64,000 nucleotides of DNA. It comes from Cirrosporium novae-zelandiae. Lineage: Eukaryota. Positions within the stretch are counted from its first letter, which is position 1, and each line of letters opens with the position of its first letter. The notes under the pieces are model-generated. The model did no database searches, was not told where the DNA came from, and worked only from the letters and a program-made list of their open reading frames with translations. A program made the position numbers and the translations under genes. The stretch lies in NCBI GenBank assembly GCA_026023565.1, contig JAPETS010000002.1, positions 124,001 through 188,000 on the forward strand, read 5' to 3'. Shown piece by piece: positions 25,465 to 36,119 of this stretch.

Positions 25465-25491
25465 TCACGTGAACCCTTCTTGGCGAGGGTT
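25465..25491. promoter_or_regulatory. RPL29 promoter: TCACGTGA (Cbf1-type E-box) next to an inverted AACCCT-N8-AGGGTT pair (Tbf1-like)
   Basis: TCACGTGAACCCTTCTTGGCGAGGGTT, 112-138 bp upstream of the RPL29 ATG. Cbf1 plus Tbf1 control of ribosomal protein genes is established in Candida albicans. Confidence 0.55.
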
Positions 25492-25823
25492 ACGATATAT
25501 GAACAAGAACTTCTCAATGGTAATTGCATAGTTCTACTTAATCGTCATCTCCAGATTACTTCTAATTAAAATATGTTGATTTATTGACACTTAACCATAC
25601 TTGAAGAGATAGCTAATAATAACCGGTTGAACCGTTTTCGATTTGCACTAATCGTTATAAAAAAATCCTGTACCAGAAACTTCCATTATCTATCAAATTT
25701 ATGTTCCACCTAGAGTACATTGCCTATTTCCCTCCATGTACAATAATACCATTCCAAGTAACGGCCTCCAGCACTCCTGCTTTCACCTAAGATAAATGTC
25801 GAAATCAATATGGAAATTAGACA

Positions 25824-27032
25824 TTAATTTGTCGTTGTTAATGGAACAACATTTTTGGCCTTTTCTGCTGCAGCATCTGCCGCCCCTTGGGCCTTCTCCA
25901 CTGTCAACTTAGCTACTTGTTGGAACCTTTCGGCTTTCAGTTGGCGGAGATAAGCGAACAGGAGAACGAAAAGCAATTCCATTCTGCATTAAAATTAGGG
26001 TCACATAGTTCGAGAGTAGAGTAACAGAAGAAGCATACCTTTCCTTCGTCATCATCAAAAGTCCTTGAACAAGGAGTCCTTTCAAAATTTGTGGACCAAT
26101 TCCCTTGAATAAGGACAGAACACCCTCGTTCTCAATTATATACCTCATCACTTCTACGAAACTCTTAAAAGGCTTTCCCTTCCTGGTAGGGGGAGGCTGC
26201 GATTGGAGTCCGACCTTTGCAACGATCATAGGCTGAGTAGCTATTGTTGCCAACATTTTCGACATAGCCCCGAGCACTATTCTTGATTAGCGACTGGGCA
26301 GTTACAGGACTCTCATACTTACTGAATGCCTCCCATGGCCTCAAGTTTGTCCTTCCTTTGAAAAGCGATTCCCTTAACCGTTGGTATGCACCGTAGGTGA
26401 TGGCTGGATTGACAACCAGAACCAAGCTAGCCTTCAGTCCTCTCCATAATCCAGACCACCCATCTTCGCTATTTATCACATCCCTACCAGTCTCAATCAA
26501 ACCCTTTTTATCATTCTTCGATTGTGTTTGCTGCCGTGTAGTAATCACTGCCACTGGTATGGTGAATACCTGGGCCAAGGCCCCTGCAAATGCCCCAAGA
26601 GAAAGTTCTATAGCAGTCCCTGGGGGTTTAGGTAATTTCTGGGAAGTAAGATAGAGCGACCTGACAATAGAGTACCAGTAAAAATAAGCGAAATTTGTGG
26701 ATGCAACTCCAATCAAAGATCCTTGGATACCCCGATATAAGCCGCTGACCCCATCATCATCAATAATCTTAGAGATAGCATCTAGCGTTGAAGTATAATG
26801 TTGCATGTTCGCAAGGGTTGGCTCCAGTTCTGAAGTTTTTTCTTTCACTTGGACTTGAAGACGAGTCTTCACCCTAGATGCATTGTATAACATTAGTATT
26901 AAAGGAAGGACTGTCGAGTAAATCATTGTCTCACATGTCCAATGGATAGACGGCGGCATTTGCAAGAACAGCACCTGTTGCTCCAGCCAAGGCACTCCCC
27001 CAGGGAGACAAAGCTTTCGATTGACCAGCCAT
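25824..27032 (-). CDS. ANT1: Peroxisomal adenine nucleotide transporter (SLC25 family); exons 27032-26935, 26873-26323, 26276-26039, 25983-25824
   Basis: MAGQSKALSPWGSALAGATGAVLANAAVYPLDMVKTRLQVQ...; carrier motifs; STNFAYFYWYS and LVLVVNPAITYGAYQRL are typical of Ant1/PMP34; canonical introns. Confidence 0.9.
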
Positions 27033-27598
27033 TTTGAAAGTTGGAAAAGGGTCCGATCCTTAATCCCAACCCAGCCCAGCCCAGCCGTGATAAAGGACCT
27101 TTAAAGTAGATAGGAAGGCGGTGATGGTTCAAATAAGACGATACGAACTGCGGGGACCGTTAATGGGATGACGTATAGTAGAATCGGGGGAAAGAAGTCG
27201 TGTGCTTGGATGGAACGATTTTGACTCAGGACTTGAGAGGAGAAGGTTTTTTGGAGGGTTCTAGTCAGCAAGAAAACTGCTTTCTCCTCAGACTTAGGGA
27301 GGTGCTGAGTTCAAGAAATCCAAACGCCCCAGAGTAAAATCATCCATCATATTCTCAAATGTCTGTAGTCGGCTAGAAGGAGAGAGGGTAAGCATATGAA
27401 CCGAGGCATCTGATAGTTTACTGGGATTAACAAAGTAGGGAGGAACCTGGGGAAGATCAACAAATAAACGGTTGATAGATAAGGCAACTTTAACCGTCAT
27501 AATTCTTGCACCGCCACGGTTATTGGGTAGGCACTTGATGTACCTTTAATAGCCCTTTACTAATTATTTACTCAACTTGACCAGACAATGTCGCATCC

Positions 27599-30348
27599 AT
27601 GGACTATCTCGAACCAGGGCTTGAGTCCCTTGCACTTGTACGTTGACCTGTTCATTTACCTACTATGCTAACCAACTTTAGCATGCAGAATCACGATTGT
27701 TGGATCCTAAGTCCAAAGAAGAAGCCTTGAAAAGTGCCATCGAAGCTATTGAACTTTATATGCGTATTTTGCCTATCGTGTCCAACAAAGAAGAAAGAAA
27801 ATGCTTCGATAAAAAATGTTTAGATCTTTTACAATATGCAGAAACACTCAAGAAGACTAGAGGACCATCCAAGGTCAACCCATTTCCCCTTCCGCCTACT
27901 AGGCGGGAACATGGGCACGCTATCATATCTAGAAGTCAAAGTCCCGCTTCTTGCCGTCAGTTGGCTACCAGAGAGAAAATAATACTCCTGGAAAGCTCTA
28001 AGCTCAATGGCTTTATATTCCCTCCATGGAAGGAGGATCCTATGCCGGACGAATTTGCGCTGAAACATGAAGAATCTCCTTTTTTGTAAGTTACTAGTTT
28101 CATTGATCGATGGTGCTGTCCCGTTTTCTTCTTAATTTACTTCTCAGGTCTAACATTCCGTAGGGATGTTCCAGATCTTCCATTATCGTCATTACAGCAA
28201 CGGGTATTCCTAGCTTGGAAACGGCCAAACGAACTTCTTGATCAAAAATCAAAAGTGTCAGCAAGTGGAGAGGCTGGGACTGTCAAAATCTACCCAGAAA
28301 TGAGCTCACAAGTTCCAATAGACCTTGTTCAAGATATTACTTCCGACTGTTCCGTCATTGCTAGCTTATGTTCCAGTATCGCAAGGGAAAGGCGAGGCCA
28401 TCCAAAGATCCTGACGACAGTATTCTTTCCCTACGATCGGCATAATCAAAGACCATCTTTCTCCCCTAATGGTAAATATATATTCAAGCTATATTTCAAT
28501 GGATGCTTTAGAAAAGTGACCATTGACGACCGTCTTCCAGCTTCTAAGACGTCTCGCTCTATTCATGTCGTGGATCGGAACAATCCTGGTGTACTTTGGC
28601 CGGCGCTATTGGAAAAGGCGTATCTTAAAGTCCGTGGTGGTTATGATTTCCCCGGCAGTAACTCTGGTACAGATATTTCAATGTTAACTGGGTGGATCCC
28701 AGAACAACTTTTCTTGCACGACGAGGACCTAGAGTCAAACGCACTTTGGGATAGAATTGTGAAATCCTTTGCTTCTGGGGACGTGTTGTTGACCTTAGGC
28801 ACCGGAAAGATCTCGACTGAAGAAGAGACACATCTCGGTCTTGTTCCTGACCATGACTATGCAGTTCTAGATGTCTGTATTGTTCATGGGCAGCCACGCG
28901 CATTGATAAAAAACCCATGGGCTAATGCAACTCGACAAAATGGTGGCAGAACACAAAATAATAAACGATTCAATACTTTCACAAAGGATTTAGAAGAATC
29001 GTTGCCCTCTGATGAACCTCGTATATCAGGCACCTTTTGGGTGACCTCGTTTGAAATCTTCCAGCATTTCGAATACCTTTATCTAAATTGGAACCCGAAG
29101 TTATTTTCTTATTGCGAGAATGTCCATTTCACCTGGGATCTGACTGATATAATGGTTGTTCGCAGTTCATTCAATGACAACCCCCAGTATGCAATAAGTA
29201 GTACCACCGGCGGTACTGTCTGGTTACTTCTTAATCGTCATTTTAAAACTAATGAAGGACGAAGCTCGCCATTTGGAGGCCATCCCAGTCAAGAGACTGG
29301 CTTCATTAGCCTGTATGCTTTTCAGAGACATGGCCAGCGAGTCTTTCTTAGCGATAACGCAATGCGTCGGGGCCACTTTGTCGATTCTCCTAATACGCTA
29401 CTCATAATGGATCTCAAACCCGCCGAGAAATACACTATTGTTATCGCTCAAGATTTCTTACCACCGTTATCCTATAATTTCACCTTAACAGCATTCTCTA
29501 TCAACCCAATATCCATGGGACCGGCCCAACAAAAATATTCTCACTACAACAAACATTCCAGTGAATGGACGTGTCATAGTGCTGGAGGTAATGCGGAGTC
29601 TCCGACTTATTCTAATAACCCTCAATATTATCTAAAGCTCCATGCCAAGACCCGTTTGGCTTTACTACTCGAAACACCTGATTCTGACCTCGCTGTTCAT
29701 GTAAATCTTCTCGGCGCAGCTGGCCATCGGGTATCTAAAGTGACTATGGGTCTTGTTCTAGGAAATAGTGGTGAATATCGTCGCGGCTGTGCACTCGCAG
29801 AATTTGATGCTGTCAATCCAGGTAGCTACACGATCATCTGCTCAACATTTGAAAGCCAACAACTTGGCAAATTCTGCCTAAAAGTATATTCAATGAGCGA
29901 TTGTATGTTGGTACCTCTTCCTGCAGAAGCTGCCGGAAAATTACTTCTGGAGGCACCATTGGCTATATTTCCACCAAAATGCGACCGCCTAGTTGCGCCA
30001 TTACATGCGAAGCGCCTAACTCGATGCAAGATTGTCATCCACCCTTATTTCCAGCGAGCCGCACCTTCTAGTATCATCAGGTCCCCCGTCAAAGCATCGA
30101 TTGAATTAGGTAAAGGATTCTATAAGAGGGTTCTCACTGTCACTGGCCATGATACGTATCAGGATGCTAAGGCGGGTGTAAGGACCGAGGAAGTCGACAT
30201 TGTTCCAGAGATGGCTGAAAATGGGGGGGCCTGGGTTGCTTTGGAGAGATTAAAGGGATATGATGATCAGAACGAGGAAGCATTTGAAGTTAAGATATTG
30301 AGCGAGACTAGAATTAGCCTTGGTAAATGGACGACTGACGATTTATGA
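27599..30348 (+). CDS. palB: Calpain-like protease PalB/Rim13 (ambient-pH signalling); exons 27599-27637, 27682-28085, 28164-30348
   Basis: N-terminal MIT-like helix (AIEAIELYM); catalytic DLVQDITSDCSVIASL (Cys), HDYAV (His) and IKNPW (Asn); EKAYLKVRGGYDFPGSNSGTD; C-terminal domain-III repeats SAGGN...Y..NPQY. Confidence 0.95.
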
Positions 30349-30498
30349 GAAAGAGATAATGGGCTTATGTTACCGAGTAATTACTTTATGCATGCTTGTA
30401 GCTATGAACTTTACAACTGGCTACTAGGTATTTTTGGAAAGAATCTCAAATTCATCTATTGAGACGCTGTATCTTTTGCACTTACATATTTCTAATCT

Positions 30499-31385
30499 TC
30501 AAGCTTCAAAAGGGCTCCTTACAACTCCCCTCAACAGGTCAATCAATTTCTCAACATCCTCCAACTTCTTCAGCCCCAATACAAGTTCTTTAATCTCATC
30601 CCATCCCTCCTCCCCCATCGCTAGTTTCGCTAGCATTCTAGCTCTCTCTCGAATGTTGTCATTAGTTACAGGGGGATTGATACCCCTCAGCTTCTCCGTC
30701 ATTTCTACTACCTCTTCCTCGTCCACAAACTTCATTGTCGGCTTCGTCCCCCATCCCTTATCTTTCGTATCAAACTCAGGATTGTGTACGCACTGTATTT
30801 TTCTCATCAACTCACGCAGGATTGGACGGTTCGAATTACTGGGACTGTACTGCACGGCTAGGACTTGTAGTCAATAAGCTGTGCTATAACGGCGTAGGTG
30901 GCGTTTATTTGTGCGGATGTCGGTGTCATTTGTTCGTTCGTAGGAGCGAACTAGCCGCCGCGATCGAAGGGCGCGCGAGACATTTCATTGTAATTGAAGC
31001 AATAGTGGGGATATTCGCGACATAGTCGATAGTTTCGTGGAGAGCAGCCATCGCCGCGTGCAGTTTCACGTGGATGCCTTGAAGCTGCTATGTCTGTCCT
31101 AGGTCATTGTTGATTTCATCTTCATGGAGGGGGGAGAGGCTGTGATAATCGTCGAGTTCGAAGCCTTAGATGAATGTACTGTTCAGGGAGGCGACGGATT
31201 AATGGTTAAATTTCCAGAGGTGAGGTTTAACATCCATTATCTTCTACATTACGTCGTCCATGGGTATTCTGGGAAGATCAATCTCATCTTATCCCATCCA
31301 AACACAGTACTATCGTCCTCGGGATCGGAATCGAAAATTGCATTTGTAGCCGTTTCCGACAAAGGGCGATGGCGTCTCAAAATCC
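30499..31385 (-). pseudogene. Pseudogene of a cis-aconitate decarboxylase (CadA/IRG1)-like MmgE/PrpD protein
   Basis: Fragments SETATNAIFDSDPEDDSTVFGWDK; LNSTFI*GFELDDYHSLSPLH; EDEINNDLGQT*QLQGIHVKLHAAM; EMSRAPFDRGG*FAP...SAQINATYAVIAQLID; and the C-terminus ...EIKELVLGLKKLEDVEKLIDLLRGVVRSPFEA line up by eye with CadA. In-frame stops at 31166-68, 31088-90 and 30951-53, at least two frameshifts, and a large internal deletion. Confidence 0.85.
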
Positions 31386-31940
31386 AACGGTGTGGTAAAT
31401 GATAAAGTAGTGATAACGAATAAATAATTTATTTTTTGTGGGCATTCGTCTTAAACATTTCTACTATTTTGTATATCTATGGTTGATGTCTGAGAATGCG
31501 CAGGATGTTGTTAACGGTGTTAGAGTGTGGGTGGATTGTCATAATTCAAGTATTCATTTTCGGTCCGAGTTTGCGCCTGTTTGCCGTGTTGTCTCACTGT
31601 CGCATTCTCACATCAACTAGCTGGAACAAGTTGCAGATAAAGTATAAGCCAAGTATAAGCAAAATGAAATGATTGGGGAAGTATAAGACAATCCATTTCT
31701 CAAAAATATCTTGAAATATTGAAACCAATGGACATGAATTAGGTCATGGTATCACGTGGAGCTGGAGGAAACTGCACTGGGTGACTGATAGCAGGAGAAA
31801 TTCTATTTGATAACAAGATACCATGTGATGTACAGAAGGAGCAGCTGGTTATCGCAATACACCTTTCTACACCTTTTTAAATGCTTTAAAGACCGAGATT
31901 CGAGAGGTCCTTATCTTCCTCCACCCATCCATAAAGGAAT

Positions 31941-33050
31941 ATGTCTATCGATACTGTAAAATTCGCTCAAGTTGTCTCATGGTGAGTCGTTCAAGAGATG
32001 ACCTACTCTAAAATCTGATATAGTTACACTTATACTGACCAATATCTGAACCTAGGCTTCTCGGATGGATATAGTAAGTTCAATAATCTCGGAGTTTACA
32101 AGCATATTACTGACAACTATCATAGCTTTTTGTGCTGGTCCTTAAGCTTTTACCCTCAACCCATCCTTAACTGGCGCCGTAAATCGGTTCGCGGACTCTC
32201 CATAGACTTCCCAACCATAAACGCCTTTGGGTTCATCTGCTATTTCGCCTCCACCACTGCCATGCTCTTTTCTTCTACTATCCGAAACCAATATGCTATC
32301 CGAAATCCTATATCTCCAGAACCAACGGTCCAACTTAATGACTTTGCTTATGGGCTGCATGCAGTTATCCTAAGCTCCTTCATCTACACACAGTTTTGGC
32401 CTCAAATATGGAGCTTTAAGACCGCTCCTGAACAGAAGGCCAGTTCAACGATTATAGGCATAATAAGTGGATGTATCACTGCGATCGCTATTGTGTCAGC
32501 CTTGGTAATCTTCAAGGGGAAAGCAGACGATGCTATTGGATGGGCCTGGCTAGATGTGGTAAGTTATAATATCCAAAATGCAGACAGCGAGAGACACACT
32601 TATCCATAAATAGGCGTATGCCACGGGCTACGTCAAACTAGTCGTCACGTTCGTTAAATATATTCCTCAAGCATGGATTAATTACAAACTGAAGTCAACC
32701 GCTGCTTGGAGCATCGAAATGATCCTGCTCGATATCACCGGTGGCTTTCTATCGCTTATCCAACTGGCAATCGATTCAAGTTTGGAAAACGATTGGTCGG
32801 GAGGTAAGATGGGGTGTCTGAAACAGATGAAATTGTTGCTAATTCTAGGTTGTTAGTTACGGGAAACCCTGTCAAATTCGGCCTAGGAAATATAACGTTG
32901 GTGTTTGACACAATATTTATAGTACAACATTATATCCTGTACCGTCATTCTTGGACGGATGAGGGCGAGATGGACGATGAGGAGTCTGAGCGGAGGGGGC
33001 TTTTGGCAGTTGCGGAGGGCGATGAAGAGGAGGAACACGAAGATGTATAA
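31941..33050 (+). CDS. Cystinosin/Ers1 PQ-loop vacuolar transporter; exons 31941-31981, 32056-32073, 32126-32558, 32614-32803, 32857-33050
   Basis: [17 protein letters not shown]...[12 protein letters not shown] (PQ-loop 1); [19 protein letters not shown] (PQ-loop 2); GNPVKFGLG...FIVQHYILY; acidic dileucine tail ESERRGLL; includes an 18-nt microexon. Confidence 0.92.
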
Positions 33051-33211
33051 TAAATAGTGTTGGGGAAGATAGTGTCAAGGGATGAATATGTTATTAATAG
33101 TATTTAGGATAGACTTAGAATTATGCTGTAGTGCTGTGACAGTAATTAAGTCAAAATTTCCCGATGATTGTACTGAGGGGTAAGGATGATTGCGGGATAA
33201 TTAGGTAAAGC

Positions 33212-33263
33212 GGCTCTTGGGGGGCTCTTGGAGGGGGGCTCTTGGAGGGGGGCTCTTGGGGGG
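33212..33263. repeat. (GGCTCTTGG[AG]GGGG)x4 G-rich repeat upstream of the C2H2 gene
   Basis: Read directly; contains two AGGGG (STRE-like) pentamers and four G-runs. Confidence 0.85.
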
Positions 33264-34401
33264 CAACAGATGGGGCTCATGTAGTTAAAAGGGAAAAGAC
33301 TGTGGAAAGTTGGGGAACGAAAAGCTTGGCACGGGTTCTTCATAGGCTTAGTCCTGATTTGGTATTGGCTATAGGCCCCATGGCCCATGGGCTATGCAAC
33401 AAGAGGAGAGGAGGGAGCCGCACCTTCCACCCAGAGTGATTACCTCTGGGATCCCCAATCCATCACACCCACGTAAACCCACCCAGCTTACTTCTTCATC
33501 TACACCTTCTATTCTTTGCAATCGCAGGTCTTCTCCGGCTAAAACTCTACTTTCGCAAAAGAATAGTTGTATACTGGACTAGTATTCTTTGCACAATCAT
33601 TGAAATTACTACGCCAAGGGTCTCGAGAGCTTCGCAGTTCGCCAGCTGACCAAAAGTCCCTCGCACGCCCCGCTTTTCAATTCAACTCCATCAGACCGCG
33701 CCAGATATTCATCCATTTTATCGACCAAGGTCGGGAATATCATCCTAGAGTTGTCCCGTCACCTATCCGGTTATATCTAGTTCTTCAGCAGCCCCGATAA
33801 GCTTCTCAGCCTCTGCGGCTCTGCGATAGAATTGCGGATCAAACCCGGTGGGTCCAATCACTCTTGCCAGTTCTGCCATACCCCGAATAAAACGCCTCTT
33901 GCCCCTCAGCCTTATGACTGATTTTCATCATATCAAAACCCTCTTGAAACCATGCTACATTCCTTGTGCTTTTTGCTTGTCATCGTATCTATGTTGTTTG
34001 GCATCTGCTGTCAATCAATATCTCTTTATTTCCTATTTCCACATTTCCATCATGAGACCATTTGTAATCAAGTTGTGATCCATGCAATATAGGGAAATAT
34101 GAAAGCCTTATACAAGGAAATTCTGCAGCTGGGCCTACTTAGCTTTTTCATGTATACTCTTAGTCGGTTTTGAAATAATGGAGCCGCATCATGCTGCACC
34201 TTGGTCATCCATACGAGAAATATATACCTGAGAAAGATAGCTAATAGCAAAGACTAAGCAGGCATTAACTAGCAAAACATCTCCATTTGGTCACCTTTTG
34301 GTGATCTGCTGTGACAAAACAACAAGCTCTCTATCCTATCGAGCTTGTACCATCCAATTATTCGAAACCCTGTAAACACAGAGCACAACACTATCGTCTT
34401 A

Positions 34402-36119
34402 ATGGTTATCGACGCGGATTCGGAGGACGAACTACGACATCGGACTCCCCCCCTCACACAAATCAAAGTTAACTACGCTCTGGAAGAGTCTCCACAACCA
34501 TCTTTAGCCTCCTCGTCCTTTGAAAGCAGTAGCGAAAGCGATTCCACGTCCGATCCATCCTCGAGGATGGATCGAAAAAAGAAGAGGAAGAAAACTAAGG
34601 CGGATCGGCGGAAAACAAGACCATCACAAGGTGACGCCGTACTGCTATATCAACTAGCTCCAGATCATCCTGAAGTAGCTCGAGAAGCAGGAATTAGATT
34701 TATAGGCCCAGATTCCGATTCAGAATCCCGCAATTGCGGAGAGGACGAGGACATGACAGATAGAGATGCTCCACAGATCGATGAGAAGGCCAGTCAAAAA
34801 ACTGCGACAGATGCTCTACAATTGCTCATTGATAATGGTAATAATACCAACTCTCCAGACGAGGAGCAAAAGCCTGTCTCGCTTCCAATTCATCCTCATC
34901 ATGAAGGCCTAGGAAATTCAAGAAAGGAAAGTAGCGATGCGGCCTGGGCGGGTTCCAAACCTAGCCAGGGCCAACTATCACCCAGGTCGTCACGTAAACC
35001 TTCAAGGATTCACACCGACTCTGGTTCCCAGATGCGAGAGTCACCTGAAGCAACTTCGCCGCTGCAATCATTCGCTATAACCCATGGCTCACCTATGGAT
35101 ACATTACCAGCAATGCAAATGTCACCCTCATCTAATGGTCCTAGCTCTCCCGAAGGAACTCAGAAGTTGCCCTCTATTCACACCCAGCTTGGGAAACAAT
35201 TTGATGCAGCAAAGGAACACGGTCCGCTTATGCATACAAGTCGAAGTTCATTTCAGGCGATGGGTCCTCTGTCAGGTCACTCAGCCCCATTTGACAACAA
35301 GGCCTTATTACCTCAACGCTCCGGCTCTATCACCTTCCCGTCCCAACACTTGGGAACCATGTCACCTCCTACAAGCTCAACAATGGTGAATTTCCCTAGC
35401 TTCCAACATGATCGCCGTATGTCTACTAGTAGTGTTCATCGGGGTATGTCTGTCGTCTCGAGCTCGACTTCCACCTCGCCGAGTAATCCTCAATATACGC
35501 CTTCACAGTCCACAGAAAGCCCAAATTCAAACCCTACCCCGTCTGATCAAATGGCGAATGGAGATAGCGAGCGTTCATCTTTCATCAATGGAACTCCCCA
35601 ACTCAATGGGCCACTGACGTCAAGTGGATTCAAATGTACTTATCCTGGCTGCAATGCACTTCCGTTTCAGACACAATATCTCTTGAAGTAAGTAAACCAA
35701 CCATATACAGTATTAGGACTTGTTATTAAGAACATTACCTAGTTCACACACCAACGTCCATTCCTCAAGCCGCCCTCACTATTGTCCCATCAAAGACTGC
35801 CCTCGTGGTCCTGGCGGTGTAGGCTTTAAGAGGAAAAATGAAATGAAGCGTCATGGTTTATCCCATAACTCTCCGGGCTATGTCTGTCCATTTTGTCCTG
35901 AAAACCGGCATAAATATCCTCGGCCGGATAATTTGCAAAGGTGACCTCTACTTAATTCCTTATGTCGAGGGCGTATAAACCTAATAATTTATTTCCCTTA
36001 GGCACGTTCGCGTCAACCATATGGACAAAGACAAAGATGATCCTGCACTGAGAGATGTGCTCTCACGGCGCCCGGAAGGCGGACCCAGAGGTAGGAGGAG
36101 ACGATTAACCGGCAACTAA
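34402..36119 (+). CDS. C2H2 zinc-finger transcription factor with C-terminal fingers; exons 34402-35687, 35743-35940, 36002-36119
   Basis: FKCTYPGCNALPFQTQYLLNSHTNVH; HYCPIKDCPRG..GFKRKNEMKRHGLSH; YVCPFCP...KYPRPDNLQRHVRVNH; basic NLS-like RKKKRKK; first in-frame ATG at 34402. Confidence 0.9.
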
